Below are positions 23,101 to 38,100 of a stretch of 64,000 nt of DNA, piece after piece. The stretch is taken from contig JAKMXF010000357.1 in NCBI GenBank assembly GCA_024704765.1, positions 1 through 64,000 of the forward strand, given 5' to 3'. The notes under the pieces were generated by a model, which did no database searches, was not told where the DNA came from, and saw only the letters and a program-made list of their open reading frames with translations. Both the position numbers and the translations under genes were made by a program. This stretch comes from Oopsacas minuta. Taxonomy: Eukaryota; Animalia; Porifera. Each line of letters opens with the position of its first letter. Position 1 is the first letter of the stretch.

Positions 23101-26100
23101 TTAATTCGAACTTTCACTAATTTGAACAAATATGCTATTCCTTTGAAAGGTTTTATACAAAAAATTCCATTCGATAGATCGAACAAATTGTAACAAATTT
23201 TATTAGTCATTGAAAATTTATTAAGAATACCAAATACCAAAGTATACCCATCCGAGATAATTTGAACATCAATATAACTTTCATTCTATGTGTATTTCAT
23301 CATGTTTCAGCAAGGCTGGGGTTGGTTAACCGGATTAATGCGAAGGCTAAACTTGTTTCAATAAGAACGTTTTACAGGTTAACCGATGCAATTATGAGTC
23401 AGTAAAATAATCGCTGTTTTTACTAAAATTTAAAATATCTATCCAAAACTATCAAAAATGCAATCTCGTGATGCGAAGGAATCTTACAAAAGTATTGAAA
23501 TTTGAGATTACATAAATACCATGCTATAAGAAATTGTGTATAAGTCTATTTGTTCGGTTAATCGAGTATAGTTTCTCATAGCAGGTAACTGTATGTAGCG
23601 GCGGTTAACCTGTTAACTGAATCCTGCCCTGGTTACAGTAATCAGGTATAGTCTTTCCTTCGATTTAGGAATTTTTACTAAAGTATTGTTGATGGCCTTC
23701 AGGAGTTTTTGGTGAATCAAAAGAGGGGGGGGTCATCAAATTATTCAAAATTGATTTTAGTGGAGTATTGAAACTATATTATTCTACAAAATATCCATTT
23801 TAGTAAGGAAAGATAAATTGGAATTTCACTAATCTTGTTATACATTTAAATATGTCAAAATCGAATTCTACGTCCCTGTTTACCCTATTTGGCATGTGGA
23901 AGCTAATCTCTAGATAATTTTGAAAATTCACCGAAAGATGTGAAAATATGATTAATCATATATGATAAATGTGTGTAATAGAATGTATTGACCAATAGAA
24001 TCACAATCTACAATCTATATAAATACAGTGCTAATGTAATTATATACATTTCACCAGAACTAACTTTATGCATTTATGCCTACAATCTGATTGGGATAAA
24101 ATACAGAGGTGTCAAAAGGTGTGAAAATATACACATTAGAAATATTTCAAATGTCATATGCACAACTAGAATTACTATTTGGTGTAAAACTTATGAATTC
24201 ATAGGCTATGATAAACCATTCAGTCCATGCCAGAGCTGCAAATGGGTCAATAGGTCAGATGCAGTAATAGGTTCAATTCATGAACGGAATTGGGATGTGT
24301 TTCAAGCTCCATTCCCATTTAAAAGGGAATGGGAACTAAGACCTTAATTCCAGAAATTTAAGGGCTAAGAATGGGAATTAAGTACGAAAATTTGGCTTAG
24401 GAATGGAAATTGAAGGAATTAGTTCTGAATTAATCCGTCCTCGGGCCATTCAGATTGGTCAATGGGTCATGGGCCACGCACAGTGGTCATGGCCCATCAA
24501 TACTTTCGTCCATTGATAACGTAGAATTTATTAAGCAGAACTGTAATGAGTGATCATTTCAATGACTGTTTAGAAGACGGCCACGTGAGAGTCATATGTG
24601 TATTCAGATATATTGTAGTTGCAGCAACAATAAATTTTCGTGTCTTACTCTTATTAAACTAGAAACCTTGGATGCTTGTCAAATAAATTACATATTACAT
24701 ATTCTGATAAATACGAAATCAAATATAGAGTTTTCATTATACATTTAGTATACTATTCCTCTGGAATCTAGTTACAGTTGTAATGTTCTTCAACAATAGT
24801 GAAGATCTTATGGCTGCTCTTTGCCATGGCGATAAGTTCTTATGCAGAAACGACGACCCAAATTGCAATGCTGATGTGTGGCAGAAGTTCTATTTGATCA
24901 AGGTCAAAGCCACCCAAGAATTAGCATTCGGTTGGTCAGCCTGTGAAGACTGCTTGTTTTGTCTTACATTCAACGCAAAACAAGACGCTGGCTCTGTTAA
25001 AATATACGAACAAAAATCTCCTGAACCATTGTAGAACTTTCTCATCCAAAGGAAAAACTTCTGTAGAATGTTTTTTTTTAGAAAACTCCCGGTAAGCGTT
25101 TAACCACTGAGCAAGGCAAGCAAGTAAAGGACGGTGAAGTCTGAATGGTTGTTCAAGGCGGTGCGTCATTTATATTTGTTGATAATCAGGTTGAGATTAA
25201 TTCTCCGAAAATGATCTAAATTGGAAGTATATACGGAAATCTTAATGTGGATGCTTTTTGGTAGAGAAACAATCAAAAAGTGTACACTTGAGAAAATGAG
25301 AGTGTCAGGAGAAAATAAAGAAATCAATGATAGAATGTTCTTTAAGCATAATGGTCTCGTTTACTACAGATTTAGCGATTGATAACATAATCATAATTCT
25401 TATTTGATTTAATGGTATCTGGATAGACAGTTCGTACGCCTGAATCACTCAATGTATCGATGTTTATATTTTCCTGAAAAGCATACAGCGGAGCTAAATC
25501 CCTCTATTGTAGGCATATACTACTGATAAAGTTTTAAACATCATATGCACTACTCTTGCAACAATGTATACTGCTTACGAATGTCATCGTATGAATGATA
25601 TTGCATGGAAACAGGCTATGGACTCAAATCCTGAGTTGAAGCATTTTTAAATTGTTAATCAAGCATCTGGGATCCAATCAGAACTGCCAGTAACACTAAA
25701 ACAAGGAAGTGAAAACGCCCATCGAAGAGTTTACATTCTATGTTTTTCTCTATTCTGGTGTCCAAGGAGGCTTTAGTAACGGAAATCGTAATCTAAACGA
25801 GAGAACTTAATGTATCATATCGATATCGATTTGTTGCGCGAGGTGGTCGAGTTTCTATCTGTTTTTCAGATATATTCGACATGATAGAATATGCGAATGA
25901 ACCGACCCTTCAAAATGTTTCCCAATATGCTACACGCTGTATGAGCCTTGGCAAATAAAAGAAAAGACTCTGGAATACACCAACTTCTCAAGGCAGAATA
26001 TCTTCCAACACTAACAGAGAAGTTATGGAACAGTATTTGGATGATTCATCTTATTGCTACGTTTCTCGTCCAAAACTGAGGTTGTTTACGTTCGTAAGAT

Positions 26101-29100
26101 CAACAGCTGACAGGGTGGGTTTCTTAGTAGAGATCAAAGAATCTTTTAATGTTCTGGCAAAAGAGACGGGTCTTTATATCTCAACTTCAGATATGGACGT
26201 CACCAGAAACCATAATGATATCGATCACTCCAACCATGATACGCAACCTGAAAAGAAGCCAAATATGATCCATTCGATTGGTTTCAAATTGACAATCTTC
26301 AAAACTCTCAACAACAAATCAAACTACAAATATTGATTCGCTAATTAAAAAGAAATATTACTTTATATTCAAGAAGCGATTCCAAACGAGAGAATTTCCA
26401 TCTACTTGACTGGTGGAATCATCATAAATTCCAATACCCATTATTGTCGAAAATTGCAATGCAACTATTGGTCATTCAGGCATCATCATCAGATGGAGCG
26501 AGAGGCATTTTCGTGTCTTTAATGCTCGACATATAATCTCTGGTAACTAGTGTTAATTTTCACTTTAATGAAGCGAGTTGACGTTTGTACAAAGTGAGTT
26601 TATAAATTTTAAATATGGTGAATTTTGATGGGCAGAATTAACATAGTCAATATGGGAAGCATAGCACTGCTCGTGATAATTATTAATGGGTATTACTAGC
26701 ATGTCCATGAGTTGGACAACAGAAGAAGGACAGGAAATACCTCTCCTCGAGTTGTACTTAATATTAATTCTTGTAAAAGATCAGCGAAAGCTAGTGCAGA
26801 GATAATCATACACACACAGTAGAACCCGGATATTACTTACTAGAATTTTATTAATTCAGATTTACTGATTCTATCAAACTAACTATTTAGCTAAGATGTA
26901 CACTCGAATCGAAGGGTACTTCTTATCCGAATTCCACTGTATTTACCTAGCGTCTATTAGCATAACTTGTCTCTGACAGGTATTAACCCTGAGAACGTGA
27001 TTCCTCTTGGCGTACTCCGGACAAGGTCTGGCTAGGGAGTGAGTAAGAGGATATACTCTCCTATAATCAGATAAGAATCTTTTCGTATCAGCCATACTCC
27101 ACAACACTAACAGAGGTCCTCTTATCTGTGCATAATATATCCTCCACTGCCTTTGTTTTCCACTTGTCCGTTTACCATCTATATCTGTAATGTTCTTGAT
27201 GTAAAGGGGACCTTCTTTAACTGACTTTGAGTCTGTAGCGATGTCAACACTCACCATTGAATCTGCAAACAGAACAAACTAATCAAAAGAAAGTACTAAT
27301 AAGCAATACTCAGTCAGCATGATTTTCATTACCTTATAATACATTTAGCTATTTTGTCAATATGTTAATTTCTATGAATAGCGGACACTTCGTCGAACAG
27401 GAATTAGTCGGATATTATTGCGGTTTCATGCAGGGGCTGCGCCAGCTATTCAAACTGACTCGTGCCAGGAAAGTGCAAAGACCTAGCATGTAATGCAATT
27501 TTACGAATAGGATAAAAATCTACCTGGCGTATGAGGTACTAGTACTGTAAGTGTCTACACCTTCTTGGATGCGGTTTTAGTTCATTTTGAGGCACACCAT
27601 TACTGTCGATACTTACGTGCTAGTAGTGCATACACCAGCTGCCAGGTACTTTGAAATAGCCCAAACAATCAACCAGAGGAAATTAACACCATTAGCCGTA
27701 CCAGGGTCGTGCATGACAAGAAATGGCCTTACCCAGGCACGAGCTGGCGGCGCCACTGGTTTATGTAGTAATATTGTACCCGAGAAGAATACTACATAGT
27801 ATTCTTTCCAGATATTCCACGAAATGTCCGTTCGCTGAAAGGTCTGCGAAGAAATGTCCGTCGGCAAAGTGTCCGTTTAACAATTTCTATCATACCTATA
27901 TTGCTATGTGCTTAAATTATGTGTCTCTATCTTAACAAACAGTAGATAAAGCAAAATATGGAGGAAATTACGATTCACTGAGCAGTTATGAGTTCAAGAT
28001 TAACCTAGATCTTCAGAGGTATCTTTTCAAAAATGAATTACAAGCGTTACTCAGGTATGTACCACTATACAGTAGTGGTTGTAGAGATTTGACGACACAA
28101 GACCAATCAATATATGCGGAGCCATGAATTCAGAGAATTACAACTTGTAATTATCATTAAATAGTAAATAATAGTTTAAAATTAAAATCCAAAGATAAAT
28201 TTGCATACTAATCTACAGAAAACTTAAGAAGCACTTGATGGTCAATGGATTATAGGAAAATAGCGAACAAATTAAACCTGAGAGTTAATTTTCAAACTAA
28301 CTTTCAATAGGAATAGTAACTTCTCCTGTTTCTTCTGGCCTACCCACATTAACGATTGGTGATGCCTGCAGGCCTTTTGATCCGGTCTCTAAAGACTTCT
28401 TCTTTACAGACAAATAGCATTCCTTTAGAGCACTGGTAGGGAAATTCTTGCCATTACATTGACCTAGCAAGTTGTCGTAGAAATCTCTAAAAGTCATCGA
28501 CTTACTAAGATTCTAGAATATAAAGAAAATAAATACATATACGTAGCTATGTAGAAGGAAGCCTGAAGAGCATAAATATTAACTATTAATTACTCACGAG
28601 CTGTTTCGCTTAGTTGCGAACACTTTGTGCTCGCATGGGACTCAGGCGCTCGAAACTTCGAGCCTCGAATTCAGCAAAGTAGAAAATTGCAAAATTGAAT
28701 AAATAAAATTCATATTTCAATAAGTTTTTTCTTTATATTCATAAAAACAACAATAAAAATAAAATAGGAAAAACTTGAAAATGCGAAATTCAGCTTCAGC
28801 GTACTTTGTTACCTCATTGTAATCATTAAGTGCTTATGATTATTTTGAAATTCCAACTACGTATTTGTTTACTTTATATTCATAAAAACAATAATAAATT
28901 TACTGGAGTATGACTTTTGTGCACAGAGACATTTATGTACAAAGCTAGTGCGACGAGAGACAGTGCTACGTTTGTGTACAAATATATGGCACACAAAGGT
29001 CGCACTAGCAGAGATGCCAACTCTCACGCATAAACCGCAAGATCTCATGGAAAATTGGGTCAAAGTTATATGTGCTTCTGAAGTTCTCCAAATCAATAAA

Positions 29101-32100
29101 GTAATCTAACGGATAATATCACAATTTCTTCACGACTCATGACTTTTCAGACGGTTTCTAACTGATTCTTGAGAAGCTAGGTTGGCATCTATGCACAAGT
29201 TTGTACAAGTATAACATTAGTGAAATAATGAATTTACCGTGTTTACCAAGAAAGTACAAAGAATTCAATAAACCTTCACTAAATGTATCAAATGCTGAAG
29301 CTGAATATCTTACATGTAAATTTATTGTATATTCGTAAACATAGTAAAGTAAACTAATAATTGAAACCAAAATATCGTAAAGACTTGCTCTTAACTGTTA
29401 TACATCGGTAATCAGGTATGCTGAATCTGAATTTCTTATTTTCAAGTTAATCATTTGTAACTTAAAAACGAAGATTATATGCATAGGGTTTGGTACGTGT
29501 ATAAGCGACAGGGGGCCCTTCAATCCCAAAAATGAGGGCTTTCCAAAAATACTGTGGGAAACGCAATATAAAAGTATTACCAAGGTACATGCGAACACAA
29601 AGTGTTTGCAAGCCGTGGAGCGATAGCAAGACAAGCGTGCTAGTATTTTATGAGATGTAAATAAGACAGATAAATTTCAACAAGCTGAGAAAATATAACG
29701 TTATCTATCAAACAAATCTAACCATAATTAACAACATATCAGTCATGTATTTATGCAAGGTATCTGGAAATTGTATAAACAAAGGAAATATCTAAAAGTG
29801 AAATTGAAGATTTTATGTGTATATACAAATTGATGTAGGATGTGCCCACTATATATATATTACAATTATTTGCTCCCTGTGGATCGGACAAAATCTCTTT
29901 ATAGGCAGCGCCTTTTATACTAGCAAACTTTCTTCATAATAAGAAAACGGACCAATATTGTAAATACAGTCCTGCATCAGATCTATATTTTGTTAAAGGT
30001 TTCCGATTAGAAAACTGTACGCTCGTAGCCTACTGGGGTTTGAGTTGATTTAACTCGTAGTTTATATTTCAAATCTGAATTTATCATAATTTATGGCTAT
30101 TATTTCGAATTAAATTTGTGGTAATTACTATAGTAACCGAAAAATATGTAGATTAACAAAGGATAAGTGCACTAAATGCAGAGAATTATAGCTAGCCATT
30201 TGAAATGTCGTTATAGTGTTATATTGAGTTATAATATTTATAGCCAAGGTGAAGTTGGTCGAATGCTAGAACATATCGAACGACAAAGTTTATCTAGAAT
30301 CCCTCATATAAGATTTTGTGAATTTTCATCCATATATAAAAATAATTAGGATAGCACCGATATTAACTAAAAATAATAATTCATATGATAGAATAAGATT
30401 ATTGATTAGATCGATTTTGATGATTTGAGCTTAAAAATGAAATTCGGAATCAGAATAATTAGTTACCAATTTAACCATTGAGGACAAGATTCTACAAATA
30501 ATATTTATATATTTATACAATTTGTTGACTATAGTTCATAAATTAACTTTTTAATTAACATATGAGAGAGTTCCTATATATTTTCTTGTACCAGGAACCA
30601 GGGATGCAGGCCAGGGCATCACAAAAGCTCTGACTACCCCACTGGGAATAATATGGAAAGTTTTTATTGATGAATTTGTGCTAGTTCCCTGATTGAGTGT
30701 AGTGAAGAATTTCCTTTATAGATATATTCTAGTCGGACTTTTCACTCAAATCAATGAACTATATGTGAAAGAACTAATCATGACGGGGGTTGTCATTTCG
30801 AAGTATAATCCGAGGTGCAACTGCGAAGCGACAAGCCGAGTCAAATATCGGTATATCCAGTAGTAAGGGAGTTTTGAGATTACAAATTTGAAATGAAGGA
30901 CGTTCGAACAAGATATATAATCCATAGAGGGATCGGATCCTTAAATATGGGCGATGATTACTAATTTGATATACTAAGTAGTTATATTAAATTACATATT
31001 CACATTCTCTGTTGCAGATAGCGTAGAATAAATTATTGACACAACTCACCTGTCCATGTAAATCAGCATTGAGTAACAGCAAGGAACAAACCAGGACGTG
31101 AATAGCATCTAAATACAAAAAATAATTTCTCAATAGGTAATTTAGTATATCCAAGTATAGTAATAGTAAATAAGATAGATTTGGTAGACTCTTGTCGTCG
31201 GCTGCGTACCGTGATCTCAAACTGCCGGTGTGAATTATTCAACTCATATTTTCGTCAATCAATAGTACAATTAGTTATATTTTCTAAACAATATTCTAAT
31301 AACTCACTAACAAAAGTTAACAAAATAGTATTCTCACTTTCAATATCGGAAATTATTGATAACATGCATCATCAAAAATAATAACATTTTGGGTTAAGTT
31401 TTCCTCGCTGTCTTCTATAGACAGTACCATAGGCGCAGAAAGTGGAAGGGTCAGGGAGGGTGTACCTAGTCAATCCGGTCCTCCCTCCTTGACAAAAAGG
31501 AGTTTCAGCGCCAATGAGCACCACCACCCAGCTTAACCCTCTCAATACGGTTGCTCATTTTTGACAACTATCGCGCTTCGAAATGGGATATACTCCGAAC
31601 TACGCATAGAACCCAACATAGATCCAACATCAACTTTACAAATAGTTTACTGCGAAATATATATATAGTCATGCAATATTAATAGTTTACTAGAAATTTG
31701 ATTTGTTATAATTTTACATACTAAAACCCAAACAGTAGAACAATGAATACATTAATTAAAACTTGTACAAATGCTAGTGGTCTGTTGTTCAAACATTCCT
31801 TACAGTTGTCACCTCTCCAAGTATAATCACGAATTAAATATTATAATAATTCGTTAACCGATTACGGCTGAAGTCTTACGTTCGTAATGAAAAAGAACAC
31901 TAAAATTTTGTCACATCGTTTTAACCAATTCTCGCACCAAAAACGAGATTCTAGCACCTTTTTACATCATAAAGTGATACCTTTCCCGGCAGTATTCGGT
32001 TAATAGAAATGCAGAGACGATGTCTCAGCTATGTTTTTCCAAAGAAATTCAAAATGGAATCGCCACCTGCCCGATTTACCTAAAAACCCGCGAATTTGAA

Positions 32101-35100
32101 ATTTTCCCTGGCCCCCCCCAAATATTCTCCGAGTTCCCACATCATTACTCCAAGGGACCAGACATATGGCAATTTTCTGTGCTCATTGCAAACCAAACGT
32201 TATTTCTTACGATCCGTTTCGCTCCTGGACCTTTCTGATCGTTTACAGCGTCCATAGAACCACATCCAGAACTTGTTTCATAGTAGATTGAATTTGTGCG
32301 TCCCCTAGATTTCAAAGCCACACGACGTCACTGTATATATACATATACGAGCCTCTGGCCCGTCGCTTCGCGATGAACCCGGCGCATTGCGCCTCGAGGT
32401 ATTCATTATTCTCCAAATTGACGTACCTTTGAGTATTATGATATAGATATATTTAGAACAATGGAATTCACAAATACGTATATGGCATATGTGTTATTGA
32501 ATTATTTTGTAGGATCAACCCCCTTCGTAGCCGTTGAGGGTAAGTATCTATGTAAATTTTGAGATTTTGCTAATTTATTTACTTTATATTCATAAAACAA
32601 AGAAACAATGCTACATTCGGACTCAGCATGCTCGATTAACCCAGAATAGTCGTTGAAAGTATGATTCTGCCTCAATTTTGAAATTTGTTCCCTTATATTC
32701 ATAAAAACAACAATAAATTTACATATGAGAAACTTGAAAATGCGAATTTCGGATTCAGCGTACTTAGTTACCCCTGGGTAGCCGTTTAGGGGAAGCCTGT
32801 GCGTATATTTGAGATTTGGATTATTTGTTTACTATATATTCATAAAAACAACAATAAACTTACATGTGATTAATCAAAAGTGTGAAAATTGGATTCAGCA
32901 TGTTCGATATATTTAGTGAAGTTCTATTGAATTTTATTTACTTCCTTCATAATATATACATAGTTTGCGACAAATTCAAAATTCCATCCCATAAATCCTT
33001 TCCTTGACAACGGACAAACAATCGGACAAACAATCAGACAAACAAACAGACAAACAACAATTGAGATTTAACAATAGTATATATGTTTTCGTTCTACTGT
33101 TCACACCTTCCGAGATTAAGACACCAAATTTGATGTTTACTCTTAATGATTTAGTAAGAAGTATAATTTCAATAATCCACTAAAATTAATTTGGTAAATT
33201 TAAGTTGGCATACATAATGTGATTGGAGATTTATTAAATTTAATTTTGGAAGTAATTTTCCACAAACTGAGAGGGCGAAGATCTCTCATATCCAAAATGA
33301 GCTCAGCATGGCCGAGCATTATCTCAAACCATGGCCACGCCGCAGATTACGGAATCCAAACTAACCAATTTACTACTTCATGATAAAGTAATATTCAAAG
33401 TACTCTACTTTGATTTCAGACTTATTAAGTCAAAAATCAAAAAATTGCTATTAATTTTGTTTCTTTATTGCGAAATTAGTGAAATTCAATGAAACCTTTT
33501 AGTCAACCAGGATATTTCGAATAAAATAGCTATAAGTAGGAGTTACTTCTTGTAGATATAGATTGTGTGTATACTGTATAACTAATACCACTACAGTGAA
33601 GTCTCCCAAACGGTCACTCCGAAAAAAGCGGACAACCCCATGCAACGGACAAACCTCGTGGCATGGATTGAATTTGCCAAGCATGTAATTATACTTAAGC
33701 AGTCTCCGAGAAGCGGACAATTCTCTACAACGGACAGAAACCATGTCCCCAACATGTCCGTTATTCGGAGACTCCAGTGTGTTACATTTGGTCGGGCAAA
33801 GTGTACTAATTTGATACTATACCAAATATTAGGATGCCCTATATAAATCCATTGCAATATATCGTTGTCCCTGGTCCAAACTTTCAATGGACTCATTTCC
33901 TTAACATATCGAATGCTATGGATAAGCCAACTGGGTCAATAGACTTCACATGTACATCTTTCACTTCAATCGTAGTACATATTGCCAGTCTAACTTCAGT
34001 TGTGTCTGAATATTTAGCAATATATTACATATATACGTATGAAACGGTGTGATAACGGCAAAACTAAAAAAAACAGAAATTTTCGAATTATGCCACTATG
34101 CGCAATACACTCCCATATGAAACTTCCCATTCAACAATAAAACATTTATAACAAAATATTGAATAGTTTTAGAGATAACAATGCCCAAATTGGAGAGTAA
34201 GAAGTAGGTACAGGATAATTATCAACAAATATGATAAATCCTTTGAATGACAGCTGTGACGGTTAAATTCTAAGCGTCTTAGTACATAAAAATTGGAATA
34301 TAATCTGAGGAATCAAAATAATTAAGATTACGTCACCAAAGAGTAAGAGAAATGGATCTATCAAGTTCTATGATGTTTAATCCACCTAATGAGCAACGTT
34401 CGATTCGATTAAAGCTCTTAAACTAAAGATATTAAAACTTCGTTAGAGGCGCCTAATTTCAAAATGTAAATTTTCGGAAATTCAAAAATTAATCACATAA
34501 ATCTCACATGTGATCTAATGGATTGTTAGCAGGTCTGAAACTTCCAGTGAAGTGTCTGGGTAAATTTAAGTAGACTGAATAAATAAGTAGCAAATACCTG
34601 CAGAACCGATTCTTTGTTGATTGCAGGCATGATATCTTTTTGAGAAGAACTCCACAATTCTATCTTGTTCTTGAGACTCTCCTTCTAGCTTTAGATGTCT
34701 CAGATATACTCTGAAAAGAAGAAGAGAGAATAAAGGACCGAACATATTTGTATTGTAAAAAAGAACAAGTTATATAATTACCTGAATGCATCCACCAGAC
34801 CTAATTCTGTGAAATCAAAGAAGCTAGAATATAACAAGCCCAACTCATTAGCCTCAACAGTGCTAGATAATACAAAATTCAATAAATACGAACGGGATTT
34901 GCTTACTAAGTCGCTGCGCGACAGCTTTGTGACTCGGAGTTAGATTAAATATATGAAATAGCTAAATATCTTAGTGCTTTATGCCGCTGAGCGACAGGAT
35001 ATACTCAACACTGCTTGCCTCGAATTCACAAAATAACTAAAGTATCATGAATTAGTATCCATGATCCATCGAAATTACTCATATTAGTATTGCAATACTG

Positions 35101-38100
35101 AAACACAAATGTGACTTTTTGTTATTGATCTCGGCACTTCGTGTCCAACAATCAGAAGGTAGTCAGACATCCGGAACCATCCAAACCAAATCATGAATCT
35201 AATCCGATGTGAAAGGTATTCACAAATGATGAAATTCCGCGGAAAATAGACATAATCAGCAATTAAAAGCAATTTTCTCATCTAATCTGATCAAAATTCG
35301 ATTTGCCAAGTATATATCGATCCAAAATAAACCGGATAAAATCCAGGACCAATGTTGACACTAATTCGAGGCAAAAGTTCTTCACCACAGTGCAAAATGC
35401 ACATAATTGCTAATAAAAGCAACATTCTTAATAAACTTCAGTTGACAAAATTAATAAGACAACAACCCAAAATTGAATTAATACATGCGCCTCATTTGGA
35501 CTAACGCAGACATTCAAAAAATTTGGACTAATGCCAATTTTGACATTTTAGGGCTGGTGTTCATTGAACCCTCATTTTGGGCCTGGCTCGGACAAGTCAA
35601 TTCTTGGAAAAAATTCACAACTTTGACGGAAGTATGACGTAATTATAATGAAATTAATCTGGATGTATGTATATGTTTGTATGTCCAGAATTGATTGAAG
35701 AAACTGGAAGACCCCAGGGCTGATTGTCGGCATACAGGGGTATTTTAGAGGTTCAATAGACCACATTAATCTATAATTAATTCTATTTTATAAAGTTACG
35801 TTTTGTGAGAGTGGGCAAGATGTACATGTTTTTCAGGTTTGCCTTTGGCTATTTTTCACAGTTTTGACCGCCTCACTCATTGAAAAAATTTAACATGCTC
35901 ACATGTGTATTCCAGGAATATTTCATTCAATATCTACGGAATAAGTAATTAAAAGAATTAGTCGACGTATTTTACTAAATGTTAAAAATATTAGTTAAAT
36001 TTAATTGGTCAATTAATAAATAACTAGCGCGATTCGATTGCTAGGTCGCTGCACGACAGCTTGGTGCCTCAGGTTAGCTTAGGTATTCAACAGCGAAATT
36101 TCTTGATGGTTTGGGTCGCTAAACGACTCTATATTATACTCGGCACTACATGCCTTGAGAATTATTTTTCGGAAATTTTGATTTTATATTATCCATGGTC
36201 GATTAGTAATTTATTTTTACAATTCATGGGTTTCCAAAATTCATATATTATCAAACCATAAAGGCATAATCGTACGTACACTTTGGCTCTTCTAATCGAT
36301 TTCTTTGCATCGATTTACTATATACACATAATTTCAAACACATGGTGCTACCTACATGCGTATTTCCCCTAAAGTACCTGTTTTTGCCCACTGTATATAT
36401 ATTTATTGAGTATGTATATTCTTCGACAATATAGTGGTGGTTATAGTAGTAATTATTGTGTAATATTCAATTAACAAACCATAGCTAGCTACATGTTTAA
36501 CAAATTGGAGTTTGAAAAAAATGCGAATTGGAACTATTGAGCAACTTTTGCATAGTAAATAAACTGGATTAACAGCCTACCATTGTGCCTAGATTTATCA
36601 CATTCCACCCACATGCCAAATTCAAGTTTGTAGCTCTTACCAGTCCCTCAATCAATTCCGAATAATAAAAAACAAAAGAAAACCATCGACAAATTATATA
36701 ATAGATATAATTTTTACTCACTCAACCAAATGAGAATGCTCAATCAGGGGTTTATACATAAATTTCTGAACCGGCACATTTCTTATCCTGGCTCTCCTGA
36801 GATGGCACTTTTTTGGAGGGTGACATATTGATCCTGACTAATTTGAGTCTCATGCCCGACACTTTTGTACTATATGATTGCTGAACTGGCACTTTTTGGT
36901 GCCAGCCAAGCACCTAGATAAACACCTGTGCTAAATATAACGAGCACGGATCATATCTTTAGCGAGAACATGCTTATTGACCATAATGAGCATATTTACT
37001 AGCCTATTTACAACTTCGAGTATGTTATCATTGTGAGTTTTTACATTTCCCCTCTTGTTTTGACTCTGATGAATTCATTTTACGCATATAATTTAACACT
37101 ATATGCAAGTTTATTATAAATTCAAAAGAATCAATTCAAGCATAATCATATAAATACTGGTATCGTATCGTTGCAAATAACTTTCAATGTTTAATGTAAA
37201 TATTGGGGGCGAAAAGATGCCTTCGCTCATTCAATAAAGTATTTGGGGGTGATTGCGCCGAGGAACGCAGCCTATGATTAAAAGAAAATCATGGAGAAAA
37301 AAGTGTATAAATACCAAACAGTGGAACCTGCATAAACCGGCACTTGTATAATTCGGAAGCTTCCGACAATACAAATTCACCTGCAAATCCGACAAAATTT
37401 CCATATCCCCACGAGTGCTGTTTTATACAAGTTCTACTGTAAAAATAAATTATAGGATGCTATCGCATAAAATAATGGTCAAGGTATGTTAGAAGAAATC
37501 ACACTTACTCAGGAGCCAACATCTGACATACTTCTTGATCTGTATAGCCTTCAAGTTTGTACATACCAGATGCTTTCTGCATAATATCTAATGAAACAAA
37601 TATAAAATTAAAGGCTGTGTCGACAGCGCTGGTGTAGTCAGGCATATTGGGTAGGGGCAATTACAATAATTTATAAAACTTCACATGGATCTTTAGACGC
37701 AATCCTATGCAATTACATCATCTAAATCTCTCCATTTGATAAATAAAAATGTCGAGCCGACAGACTGGTAAGAAAAACATTGGAATCTATATTAATTTGA
37801 AGGCTGTGGTTAGAGTGCCGGTAACAGCACTTTAAGGAATAAATGTTTGAGTGCCGTTGCAGGAATAGAAAAACAAAGGAAGAGTTTTGGGAATATCATC
37901 GTACGCCTAGATAATAAATTGCTGCTATGGGCTTCATCTAGATTTAGGTAACCCGCACATCCTAAGTGTCAATAGATTAAATTTCGCGCACCCTAGGGTA
38001 TTAAAAACATGGGGATATCACCTGATAAACGCACCCTCATAAATATTTTCCAAATGTCACGAAACCAGATAAAGGCCTCCTGTCGCCGTATTCACTAAGA

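Noticed and set aside
26760-26900. Candidate small PSD exons right after the PH exon
   Set aside because: They introduce stops. The exon at 21039 joins in phase and matches EFA6 directly.
29100-29193. Peptide LASQESVRNRLKSHES resembling the PSD C-terminal coiled coil
   Set aside because: It lies inside a hAT MITE and out of gene order; the true segment is at 20775-21039.
32570-32915. Repeat-spacer-like pattern as a CRISPR array
   Set aside because: Eukaryotic context, only 2-3 degenerate units, whole units homologous, no cas genes; it is a Helitron-internal tandem repeat.
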